In this document: positions 47,433 to 56,402 of the stretch, piece after piece
Numbering within the stretch: position 1 is the stretch's first letter
How the letters are laid out: each line of letters opens with the position of its first letter
Source: Betaproteobacteria bacterium
Lineage (GTDB): Bacteria; Pseudomonadota; Gammaproteobacteria; Burkholderiales; SG8-41
Assembly (NCBI GenBank): GCA_028292435.1
Contig: JAQGMI010000106.1
Coordinates: 23,974 to 87,973, forward strand
Length of the DNA stretch: 64,000 bases
Direction of reading: 5' to 3'
Made by a program: the position numbers and the translations under genes
The notes under the pieces: model-generated
What the model was told of the DNA's origin: nothing
The model's input: only the letters and a program-made list of their open reading frames with translations
Database searches by the model: none

Positions 47433-48509
47433 CTATCGCGGGCCGGTGTCGATCGCTTTGCTGACGCTCAGGCTTTGCCCGCCCGCGGTCGGGCACCACA
47501 TCGATTTTCCGCCGGCGCCGCCGGCAACGAGCACGATAAGGTCGTCCGCCTCGCATACCACCGGCACCATCGAGTTGTCGTCGCTCTGGTCGACGCATTC
47601 AGGAATTTTCGGTCCCTTCGATTTGCCCCGGTTCTTGACGAGGCCCCACGGCTGGCGCGCGCGCTCGAATAGCTCGTTCTTGACGTCGCGTTTGCTCCAG
47701 CCCGCGGCCTTGATGTAATTCACGTGCTCGGGACACAGCACCAGCACCGGATGCCCCTGCGAATAAATATTGTTGTTGCCGAGCGTTGCCATCGTCGAGG
47801 CGAACGTGCGCATGATTTCCGCCGGATCGGTTTGCACGTTTTCGGTGGCACTGTGCGGCGCTTCGCAGTTCACCACCGTGACGACGCTTTGGTCGCGGCG
47901 AAAGCCGCGCTCGACGTGCAACGGCTCCCACGGATTGGCGTCTTCGTATTCGGCGATGCAATAGGTGTACTTGCCGGGATGCGCGTGCTGGCAAAAATCA
48001 ACTTCGCCCGGAATCGCGCCGCCGAGATTGACGAGATTCAATCGCAGCGCGCGCCCGATAGTCGCGTTGGCACGCCAGCCCGGGCCAAAACAGCCGGTGC
48101 CGTAGTTGACCCTAAGCGCTTTCACGAGCGGGCCGTTGACGATGACGAGCGGCGCGCCCGCATGAGTGGTCGTCTGGCGATGGGCGAGCCCGTAAACGGG
48201 TTCGCTGACCGCTTCGATCGCGGCGACGACGACCGGCAGATATTCGGGTTTGCAGCCGGCCATCACGCAATTGGTCGCGATCTTGGCGAGCGTCGCCTGG
48301 CCCATAGCGGGTGGAATCACCGCAATCAATTCATCGGGCTTGCGCCACGGCATACCGGCCAGCATGCGCTCGACGCGCTCGCGAGTCGGCGGCACGATCG
48401 GCAAGCCGTCGGTCCAGCCTTGTTCGTAGAAATAGTCGTTGATCGCGTCGAACGTGTCGGGCAGATCGACGAGTTGCTGAGTGGCCGGGTGGGCTATTTC
48501 GGTTTTCAC
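47433..48509 (-). CDS. Conserved Cys-containing partner of UGSC-family proteins (function unknown)
   Basis: GWTDGLPIVPPT, NCVMAGC, RANATIGRA, ENPWEPLH-like motif; GTGA overlap with the selenoprotein stop. Confidence 0.8.
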   Translation of the reverse strand: MKTEIAHPATQQLVDLPDTFDAINDYFYEQGWTDGLPIVPPTRERVERMLAGMPWRKPDELIAVIPPAMGQATLAKIATNCVMAGCKPEYLPVVVAAIEAVSEPVYGLAHRQTTTHAGAPLVIVNGPLVKALRVNYGTGCFGPGWRANATIGRALRLNLVNLGGAIPGEVDFCQHAHPGKYTYCIAEYEDANPWEPLHVERGFRRDQSVVTVVNCEAPHSATENVQTDPAEIMRTFASTMATLGNNNIYSQGHPVLVLCPEHVNYIKAAGWSKRDVKNELFERARQPWGLVKNRGKSKGPKIPECVDQSDDNSMVPVVCEADDLIVLVAGGAGGKSMWCPTAGGQSLSVSKAIDTGPR

Positions 48510-49111
48510 TTTGGAACCGAGGCCGGCGGCAGCGGATACTTTGCCGTGCGGAACTCCGCATCCAGCTCATCGTTCGGCGTCGTCAGCATGCGTATGCATT
48601 CCGCCGCGACGTCGATGCCCTTGCGCATAATGAGAGCGGGATCGGAATCGCCGACCGGGTGCGGAATGATCGCAATGGGCAGGCTCAGATGGCCCAGCCC
48701 GCGCGCGACCACGCGTGCGAGCGGCGCAAAGGCGATGCTGCAGACGGTGGCGGTGGGAATGCCGAGTTCTTCGAGCGCGGCCGCGTCACGCGCGGTCCAG
48801 GGGGCGGAAGAGCCTCAATGCCCGACGCCGGTAATCACCGCATCGCACGAAGCGGCGAGCTCGGCGATGAACGGTGCGCCTTTCGCGGGAAATTGCTTGT
48901 CCCAGACGCGGACCTCCTTGACGCCAAGTTCATGCTTGAGTACTGTGCCGATTGCGTTGATGACGTCTTCGGAGAATTCTTTGCCGTTGTCGAGCAAGGC
49001 GACTCGCGCGCCGCGCAGCGACTGCAGACGCGGCGCAAGTTGTTTCGGTGGAGCGTCCGGTTCTCCGGTCGGTTTGCAGACTTGAATGAGTGGCCGGCTG
49101 GTTACGGACAT
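48506..49111 (-). CDS. UGSC-family selenoprotein (Sec at codon 99, U-G-S-S)
   Basis: Two track ORFs are in frame across one TGA (48815-17): ...DAVITGVGH-U-GSSAPWTARDAAALEELGIPT...PHPVG; RBS AGGAG 6 nt before ATG 49111. Confidence 0.85.
48779..48798 (-). promoter_or_regulatory. Candidate bacterial SECIS hairpin
   Basis: GG-A-CCGCG-(CGUGA)-CGCGG-CC starts 16 nt after the UGA; G at loop position 2. Confidence 0.6.
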
Positions 49112-49304
49112 ATTCATCTCCTGGTCAAGTCGATTTGAGTTGTTCCCGCTGCTGTACGCAGCGCCGTATTTTTAATTATAGGCAGTGCGGTGTGAGCACG
49201 CAAACGCGAGTGCCTGAACATCCGGCAGCGCGCGCATCGTGGCGGCGCTTCCATGGTCATTGCTGACGCCCGCGATGCGACGGGCGTGCGTCGAGGAGAA
49301 TTGG

Positions 49305-49850
49305 ATGATGCGCAAGAGAACTCTGACAGCGGTCTTGCTCGCCTTGGCCGGCGCGGCAATTAATGCCGGCGCCGCAGACGTAGTGAAGAAAGTACACCCT
49401 AAGCCTGCCTCGGCACGCGCCGAAAAAGTCCTGCCGCTCGAGAAATTTACATGCCGCACCGGGCCGAACGACGAGCAGGTGCGCCTGATCGTCGAGGCAG
49501 TGAAAGGACGTGCGATGGAATTCGCGTTCTATAGCCGGCTTGGCACCCGCGTGTGCTCGATTCACAGCCGGCGCGGCGACGGCGCCACACAATGGCAGGA
49601 TGCCGACGGCACTTCAGGCAAGGCGCTGATTAAACTTTTTACCGGCCACGCGCTCGTTGAATATAAATCGGGCCAGGTCAAAGTTACGTTCAGTGATGTC
49701 GACCGCATGCATTACTGCGGCATGTATGGCGAACTCAACGGATTGATTGAAGCGGTGCAGAAGAAACCGGAGTGCGGCATGCAGGGCCTCTTTGAAGGCG
49801 CCGGCAGCGGCCCCGATCAGAAAGACAAGGCACCAGCGCCGGGGAGTTAG
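49305..49850 (+). CDS. Secreted hypothetical protein (four Cys)
   Basis: RBS GAGGAG, signal peptide, host-like codon usage. Confidence 0.7.
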   Translation: MMRKRTLTAVLLALAGAAINAGAADVVKKVHPKPASARAEKVLPLEKFTCRTGPNDEQVRLIVEAVKGRAMEFAFYSRLGTRVCSIHSRRGDGATQWQDADGTSGKALIKLFTGHALVEYKSGQVKVTFSDVDRMHYCGMYGELNGLIEAVQKKPECGMQGLFEGAGSGPDQKDKAPAPGS

Positions 49851-51058
49851 CCTTTCGCGCGGTATTTGTCGTAAATCACGCCCTGAGCATGCATCGCGGC
49901 AATCTCGCTGTCCTTATAGCCGAGCGATTGCAGAACCGCATCCGAATGCTGGCCAAGCCACGGCGCTGCCGAGCGCGTTCGGGTGAATTCGACGCTCGTT
50001 TTCACGGGTGAGCCCATGTTTTTCATGCGGCCGATTTTCGGATGATCGATTTCGGTCACCATATTGCGGGCAATGATGTGCGGATCGGCGAGCGTCTGCT
50101 CGTACGTGTAAACCGGCCCGGCGGGCACTGACGCAGCATCGAGTTTTTCGACCCAGTGCGCAGTCGGCTGCGTCATGAATACCTTCTCGATTTCGTCTTG
50201 TAGTGCGTCGATGTTCGCCATGCGCGCCGAGAGCGGATTGAAGCGCGCATCTTTCAGGAACTCCGGCTTGCCGAGCACCTGCGCGCAGAAATTGGTCCAC
50301 AGTTTTTCGTTGTTGCCGCCGACGGTCACGTAGCCGTCCTGGGTTTTGTATGCCTGATACGGCGTTGAGCGGCGATGACGCGTGCCGCTCGCGAGCGGCA
50401 ATTCGCCGCCCCCGAAGAACGCGCCAAACTCCCAAAAGGTCCAAGCGAGACCCGCTTCGAGCAACGAGGTCTCGAGATAGATACCTTCGCCGGTTTTAAG
50501 TTTCTTGATATAAGAGCCGAGGATCGAATACAGCGCCGTGGTGCCTGCGGCGATATCGTTCATCGCGATCCCGACTTTGGCCGGCCGCCCATCCGGTTCA
50601 CCGGTCATGCGCATGATGCCGCTCATGCCCTGCGCGATGATATCGAACCCGCCTTTCTTGCCGTAAGGCCCGGTCTGCCCGAACCCTGATATTGATGCGT
50701 AGATGACGCCCGGGTTTATTTTTTTGATGGCCTCGTAGTCGATGCCGAGTTTTTTGGTAACGCCGGGCCGGAAGTTTTCGACGATGATGTCGGTATCTTT
50801 GGCGAGCTTAAGAAAAATTTCTTTGCCTTGCGCCTGCTTCATGTCGAGCGCGACGCTTTTCTTGTTGCGGTTCAGCACCGCGAAGCAGTAGCTCTCGTCG
50901 TTGACCTTGGGCTCGAAGCGGCGGGAGCCATCGCCTTCGGGAAATGTTTCAATCTTCGTCACGTCGGCGCCCATATCGGCGAGCATCAACGTGCAGTAAG
51001 GTCCAGCCATAATGGCGGTGAAGTCGAGGACTTTCACGCCTTCGAGGGGAAGCGACAT
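49847..51058 (-). CDS. CaiB/BaiF CoA transferase
   Basis: MAGPYC, LADMGADV, NRNKKS, ENFRPG, SGFGQTGP, AMND. Confidence 0.93.
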   Translation of the reverse strand: MSLPLEGVKVLDFTAIMAGPYCTLMLADMGADVTKIETFPEGDGSRRFEPKVNDESYCFAVLNRNKKSVALDMKQAQGKEIFLKLAKDTDIIVENFRPGVTKKLGIDYEAIKKINPGVIYASISGFGQTGPYGKKGGFDIIAQGMSGIMRMTGEPDGRPAKVGIAMNDIAAGTTALYSILGSYIKKLKTGEGIYLETSLLEAGLAWTFWEFGAFFGGGELPLASGTRHRRSTPYQAYKTQDGYVTVGGNNEKLWTNFCAQVLGKPEFLKDARFNPLSARMANIDALQDEIEKVFMTQPTAHWVEKLDAASVPAGPVYTYEQTLADPHIIARNMVTEIDHPKIGRMKNMGSPVKTSVEFTRTRSAAPWLGQHSDAVLQSLGYKDSEIAAMHAQGVIYDKYRAKG

Positions 51059-51161
51059 CGTCAGGTCTCCTTCAAGCAAACACGCGCGTTGCGTGCTATC
51101 GTGGCGCCGATTTTATCTGCTTTGCATGAATTCGTGCAGGTGAAAGCAAAATCAAAGCCTC

Positions 51162-51286
51162 ACCGCAAAGGACGCGAAGGAAAACCAGAACAAATGTGAA
51201 GGTCGGCGAGTCAGTTGGACTGGTCGATTTTTTGATTCTCGATGAATTGTTTTGCTTCCCTTTGCGTCCTTCGCGTACTTTGCGGT
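51162..51286. repeat. Intergenic inverted-repeat element built from 9-bp units
   Basis: Left arm ACCGCAAAG-GACGCGAAG-GA; right arm CTTTGCGTC-CTTCGCGTA-CTTTGCGGT. Confidence 0.75.
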
Positions 51287-51328
51287 TCAAGTTTTGAGAA
51301 TTAACAACAGCATTAATTGGAGGGGAAT

Positions 51329-52285
51329 TTGAAACGATCACTTTCCTTCGCGGCGCTTGCGCTGCTTGCCGGCGTTGTTTCGGCGCAGTCGTATCCCAGT
51401 AAACCGGTGCGCGTCGTAATTCCCTGGCCGCCGGGCGGCTCGAACGACGTCGTCGGCCGCATCGTGATGCAAAAAGTCGCTGAATATGCGGGCCAGCAAT
51501 TCATCGTCGACAATCGCGGCGGCGCTGCCGGCAGCATCGGTGCCGAAGTCGTTGCAAAGTCGCCGCCCGACGGCTATACCCTCATGGTGCATTCGACGAG
51601 TCACGTCGGCAACGCGCATCTTTACAAGAAGCTGCCGTACGACACGCTCAAGGATTTCGTCGGCGTAGCCTTGCTCGCCGCCCAGCCGGGTGCATTGACG
51701 ATACATCCGTCGCTGCCCGTCAAGAGCGTAAAAGAATTTATCGCGCTGGCCAAAGCGCGTCCGGGCACGATCAATTATTCCTCGTCAGGCAATGGCAGCG
51801 CGCCGCATCTCTCGATGGCGCTGCTCGTCTCGATGACCGGAATCAACATCGTGCACGTGCCCTACAAAGGCGGTGCACCGCAAGTCACCGCGCTCGTATC
51901 GGGCGAAACGCAAGCGTCGCTGGCGACCGTTTCAACCGTATTGGTGCACGTGCAGTCCGGGCGTTTACGCGCAATCGGCGTGTCCTCGGCGAAACGCACG
52001 GGCACCATGCCGGACGTACCGACGATCGGCGAATCGGGTGTGCCGGGCTATGAGATGAGTCCGTGGATCGGTGTATTCGCCCCGACTGGAACGTCAAAGG
52101 ACATCATTGCGCGGCTCAACAGCGAAGTTAACAAAGCATTGAAATCGCCGGACGTGAATCAGTTGCTCGCCAGCCAGGCGCTCGATGCCTTGGGCGGCAC
52201 GCCCGAGGAATTCGATGTGCGCATCAAAGCCGATTACGAAAAATACGGCAAGCTCATCAAGCTGACGGGCGCCAAAGTCGATTGA
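51329..52285 (+). CDS. Bug/TctC substrate-binding protein
   Basis: RBS GGAGG plus TTG; YPSKPVRVVIPWPPGG, HVPYKGG. Confidence 0.93.
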   Translation: MKRSLSFAALALLAGVVSAQSYPSKPVRVVIPWPPGGSNDVVGRIVMQKVAEYAGQQFIVDNRGGAAGSIGAEVVAKSPPDGYTLMVHSTSHVGNAHLYKKLPYDTLKDFVGVALLAAQPGALTIHPSLPVKSVKEFIALAKARPGTINYSSSGNGSAPHLSMALLVSMTGINIVHVPYKGGAPQVTALVSGETQASLATVSTVLVHVQSGRLRAIGVSSAKRTGTMPDVPTIGESGVPGYEMSPWIGVFAPTGTSKDIIARLNSEVNKALKSPDVNQLLASQALDALGGTPEEFDVRIKADYEKYGKLIKLTGAKVD

Positions 52286-52321
52286 ACGAAATCGGAACGA
52301 CGGCGTAAGCCCTTGTTCCGT

Positions 52322-52738
52322 TTAACGGCGGTTGGCGTCGACCGCCGTCATGAATGCTTTGCGAAATTCGAGCGGCTGCGAAACGCTCCTGATCGGCGAG
52401 CGGTCGCCGCCGGTTCCCGAGACCGTGATCGTGCCGAAATCGAACAAGCGTCCCATGACGCCCTGATCGACCTGAATGCTCTCGACTTTCTCGAGAAACA
52501 TTTCTGTCGTGTTGCGCTGGATGAACCCCGACTTGACGATAATTCGCTTGTTGGTGACCGCAAGTTCGGTCGACCGGTAAACAAGCCACACCCAGAGCCA
52601 CAGCAGCAGCCCGGCGCCAAAAGCTGCGAGTAGCAGCAGTCCGAAAAAAATCCACCAGAAGAATGCCCAAACGGTGAGGTGACCGCGGTAGATCACCGTT
52701 TCGTCCTTGATCAGGACATCATCGACGTAACTACTCAT
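52322..52738 (-). CDS. Membrane protein with bacterial PH domain (bPH_2)
   Basis: Two TM helices, ELAVTNKRII.K.G, VDQGVMGRLFDFGTI. Confidence 0.85.
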   Translation of the reverse strand: MSSYVDDVLIKDETVIYRGHLTVWAFFWWIFFGLLLLAAFGAGLLLWLWVWLVYRSTELAVTNKRIIVKSGFIQRNTTEMFLEKVESIQVDQGVMGRLFDFGTITVSGTGGDRSPIRSVSQPLEFRKAFMTAVDANRR

Positions 52739-53018
52739 GACGGGGCTGCTCCTTGTTGTGTGCGTGTAAGGCGGTCGACCACGCAATCCTACGCTTGAAT
52801 CAGCTTGGCGCCGAAGGCGCCTGCAATCCGCGCTATTGCATTCTTGCAGTCACCGATAAGAAGCGCTATGAAAATCTACACGGAGGCTAATGCCGACTTC
52901 AACGCAGTGGCTGAACTGATGGTAACCGGCAAAACCGATGCACTGGGCGAGAGCAAAAACCTGCACAATACTGCTTTGTAATTCTCCGCCGGCAGTGCTG
53001 GCGTTCAAGGGGGCGGCC

Positions 53019-53849
53019 ATGAGTAACGAAGCCGGCGTTGCGGCGCGCCTGCCCGCGTATGAAGTGCGCACGCACAACACTCACTCGACTTCCGAAAACC
53101 GCATGCACAGCGACGAAGTTGCCGCGGCTTACGGATTCAAAGGCGCGCTAGTGCCAGGCGTCACGGTGTTCAGCCACATGACGCAGCCGCTCGTCGCCAG
53201 GCACGGCGCAGCATGGCTTTCACGCGGCGTCGCCGAGGTCGCGTTCGCCAAACCGGCGTATGACAACGATTTGCTGTGCGTTGAGGGCGAGCGCGATGCC
53301 GATGGCGGCTATGCGCTCGTCTGTGTCAATGAAGAACGCACTGAGCTTGCGCGCATGACTGCTCGGTTGCGCGAGTCGCCGCCCGTCATCGATGCGCGTT
53401 CCGCGCTCGTGCCCGCAATCCCATGCGACAAGCAACTTGTCGCGTGGGACCTCGTGGAAGTAGGTGTGCCGTTTCCCGCCCTCGCGTGGCGGCCATCGCG
53501 CGATGACAATCTGCAATGGTGTGCCGACGTTCGGGACGAATTGCCCGTGTATCGCGACGGGGCCACGCCGCTATTGCATCCAGGCTTCATCTTGCGCCAG
53601 GCCAATCTCGTTTTACGCAACCGGTTCACGCTCCCGGCCTGGATCCATACCGCCAGCCGGATCCAGTTCGATTCGGCCGCGCACGCTGGCGACGAACTCG
53701 AAGTGCGCGCGATCCCGGAAGAGAAGTGGCGGCACAAAGGACACGAGTTCGTGCGGCTTTACGTGTGCGTCGCGCGCGGCGGACAGGTGCTGAGCGAAAT
53801 CATGCACACCGCGATTTTTCAGCCGCGAAAGAAGGCAGGCAGTCGTTGA
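53019..53849 (+). CDS. Double hotdog-fold (MaoC-like) protein
   Basis: NRMHSDEVA..YGFKGALVPG hydratase-like motif; second hotdog half (HPG, WIHTAS). Confidence 0.75.
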   Translation: MSNEAGVAARLPAYEVRTHNTHSTSENRMHSDEVAAAYGFKGALVPGVTVFSHMTQPLVARHGAAWLSRGVAEVAFAKPAYDNDLLCVEGERDADGGYALVCVNEERTELARMTARLRESPPVIDARSALVPAIPCDKQLVAWDLVEVGVPFPALAWRPSRDDNLQWCADVRDELPVYRDGATPLLHPGFILRQANLVLRNRFTLPAWIHTASRIQFDSAAHAGDELEVRAIPEEKWRHKGHEFVRLYVCVARGGQVLSEIMHTAIFQPRKKAGSR

Positions 53850-55340
53850 TTACAACTTCGGCGGATGCGTAACGATCGACTTCAATTCCGGTGTTGGCTT
53901 GTTGAGTTTTGCGAGATCCGGCCGGGGCCGCCGCAAAGCGTCGATTGAATTAAACGCCTGTTCCATTGCATGCGCGGCACCGAGCAATTCGCGGTCGCCG
54001 CGAAAGCGGCCGACGACCTGCAGTCCAAACGGCATGCCGTTCTGGTCGGTTCCGCAGGGCAATGCAATGGCCGGATTCGTGGCGAGGGTGATCACATAAG
54101 TGAGCGCGAGCCAGTGGTAGTAGTTGTTGAGCGGCTTGCCATCCATTTCGGCGAGATAGGACTGCGACCACGGGAAAGGCGACACCGGCGTCGTCGGTGC
54201 GAGCACGACATCGTAATCGCGGAAGGTTTGCTGGAAGCGTCGAAAAATGCGCGTTTCTTCCAGGTGCGCCCATGCCATGTCGGCGAGCGACATTTTGGCG
54301 CCGATCTCATAGTTCGCGCGCACGTTGGCACCCAGCGTGTTCGGGTCTTTTTCATAGGCATCGCGATACTTCGCGACGTAATTGGCCGCACGGATCACGT
54401 CGAAGCAGCGATCCGCATCTTTGAATTCGGCAAACGTGACTTCGTCGCATGATTTGAACAAGTGGCGCATCGCCGCGACTTTATCGCGCAGCACTTTGCG
54501 GATCGGTTTATCGACAGGGCAGATGCCGAAGTCTTCCGTGTATGCAACTCGCAGCGAACCGAGGTCGCATGCTGCCGGTACGGCGAAATCGAGGGGGTTG
54601 ATGGGATACGACAGCGGATCGCAATCTTCCATTGCCGCCTGCGCGGCAAGCAGCTGGCATGTGTCGGCGACGGTGCGGCCCATCGGGCCCACCACTGAAA
54701 TCGGCGTCCAGCCGAGCCCACGCCGCTCGACCGGGACCAGTCCCGGCGATGGCCGAAAGCCGATCACGCCGTTGATGGCGCCGGGTATACGCAGAGAGCC
54801 GCCGGTATCCGAACCGGTACAGACGGGGAGCATGTCGCATGCGAGCGCGACTGCCGAGCCGCCGGACGAACCGCCCGCATTGAGCATCGGGTTGAATGGA
54901 TTGCCGGTCGCGCCCCAGACGACGTTGCGGCTGTTCGCGCCGGCGCCGAATTCGGGCACATTGGTTTTGCACACGACGATGGCGCCGGCCGCGCGCACGC
55001 GTGCCACCATCGCGCTATCTTGTGCGGGCACATAGTCGCGATATAACTGCGAGCCGAACGTCGTCAGCAGTCCACCGGTCTCTTCGAGGTCTTTGATGCC
55101 GGTCGGCAGGCCGTGCAGAAGTCCGAGCGGCTCACCTTTTTGTGCGGCTTTCTCAGCCGCTTTCGCTTCCTTGCGCGCGCGTTCATAGCAAGTTGCAGTA
55201 ACCGCGTTCACGGCTGGATTGATCTCGGCAATCCGCTCGATGCACGCTTCAAGCAACTCGACCGGCGAGATTTCCTTTGACCCGATGCGGCGGCGAAGCT
55301 CAACTGAGGATTCGGTTAACAAGGCGGTGGCGGTGTTCAT
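53850..55340 (-). CDS. Amidase signature family protein
   Basis: GIKDL, KTNVPEFG, GGSSGGS, GSDTGGSLRIP. Confidence 0.93.
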   Translation of the reverse strand: MNTATALLTESSVELRRRIGSKEISPVELLEACIERIAEINPAVNAVTATCYERARKEAKAAEKAAQKGEPLGLLHGLPTGIKDLEETGGLLTTFGSQLYRDYVPAQDSAMVARVRAAGAIVVCKTNVPEFGAGANSRNVVWGATGNPFNPMLNAGGSSGGSAVALACDMLPVCTGSDTGGSLRIPGAINGVIGFRPSPGLVPVERRGLGWTPISVVGPMGRTVADTCQLLAAQAAMEDCDPLSYPINPLDFAVPAACDLGSLRVAYTEDFGICPVDKPIRKVLRDKVAAMRHLFKSCDEVTFAEFKDADRCFDVIRAANYVAKYRDAYEKDPNTLGANVRANYEIGAKMSLADMAWAHLEETRIFRRFQQTFRDYDVVLAPTTPVSPFPWSQSYLAEMDGKPLNNYYHWLALTYVITLATNPAIALPCGTDQNGMPFGLQVVGRFRGDRELLGAAHAMEQAFNSIDALRRPRPDLAKLNKPTPELKSIVTHPPKL

Positions 55341-55426
55341 GAGCGAAATCTCCGGTGGCGTGGCGAGGGCGTAAGTATGCCAAGATATCGGATATGCGGG
55401 GGCCGACGATTTCTGCGGGGAATGAG

Positions 55427-56392
55427 ATGATCGCGCTGATTCGAATTGCATGCATGACGGCGTTGCTGTTTGACGGCGCGCAGGCGGTCGCCGCGTATCC
55501 CGATCGTCCGTTGCGCTATATCCTCGGCAGCGCAGCAGGCGGCGGCCCTGACGTAGCGGCGCGAGTTGTGATGGCAGAATTAAGCCGGCAGACGGGCCAG
55601 CAGGTGATCGTCGACAATCGCCCCGGGGCGAGCGGCATTCTCGGCACCGAGCTGATCGTGCGCTCGACGCCGGACGGCTACACGATGGGCCACGGCAACA
55701 TCAATACGATGGCGATCAACCCGAGCGTCATGCCGAACATTCCGTACGATCATCAACGCGACCTGCGGGGCGTCGTGCTCATGTACAACTCGCCGAATCT
55801 GCTCGCGGTGACGCTCGCGCTGCCGATCAAGTCGGTGCAGGAGTTAATCGACTTTGCGAAAAGAAATCCGGATAAATTGATATTTGCGTCGACCGGCAAT
55901 GGCTCGAGCGTCCACATCGGCATGGAGCTTTTCAAGTTGATGACCGACACGCGCATGGTGCACGTCCCCTATAAAGCGGCGACAGTGGCCATCACCGATC
56001 TCACGGCAGGGCGCGTGCAGCTGATGGCGGACAACATTCAATCGATCGGCTCGCACGTGAAAGCAGGACGCCTGCGCGGGCTTGCCGTTACCAGCGGGCG
56101 CCGTGTTCCAGCGTTCTCCGACCTGCCGACGATTGCCGAAGCGGGGGTGCCGGGTTTCGACGTGAGCGCCTGGGCTGGCGTGATCGTCCCGGCAGGCGTG
56201 CCCCGGCATCTGATCTCTGCGCTCAACGCCGCAATCAATAAAGCGTTGAAGGCAGCGGTCGTTCAGGAAAAATTTCCCGACTTCGGTCTCGAAATCGTCG
56301 GCGGCACGCCCGAGCAGTATACGGCCCACATCAAAAGCGAAACTGCGAAATGGGCGGACGTCGTGAAGCGGTCAGGTGCGAAGCTCGATTAA
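55427..56392 (+). CDS. Bug/TctC substrate-binding protein
   Basis: YPDRPLRYI, DNRPGASG, PDGYT, HVPYK. Confidence 0.92.
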   Translation: MIALIRIACMTALLFDGAQAVAAYPDRPLRYILGSAAGGGPDVAARVVMAELSRQTGQQVIVDNRPGASGILGTELIVRSTPDGYTMGHGNINTMAINPSVMPNIPYDHQRDLRGVVLMYNSPNLLAVTLALPIKSVQELIDFAKRNPDKLIFASTGNGSSVHIGMELFKLMTDTRMVHVPYKAATVAITDLTAGRVQLMADNIQSIGSHVKAGRLRGLAVTSGRRVPAFSDLPTIAEAGVPGFDVSAWAGVIVPAGVPRHLISALNAAINKALKAAVVQEKFPDFGLEIVGGTPEQYTAHIKSETAKWADVVKRSGAKLD

Positions 56393-56402
56393 AACTTGAG
56401 CG

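Noticed and set aside
48506-49117. Two separate small genes or a nonsense pseudogene
   Set aside because: The TGA sits at the family redox position with continuous coding on both sides and a SECIS-like hairpin; selenoprotein is the better reading
51096-51341. 81-aa minus-strand ORF (NRKVREGRKG)
   Set aside because: Translation of the 9-bp repeat arm in a promoter region; no support as a protein
52868-52981. 37-aa ORF MKIYTEANADFNAV... between divergent genes
   Set aside because: Weak RBS and no recognisable motif; may be chance or a remnant
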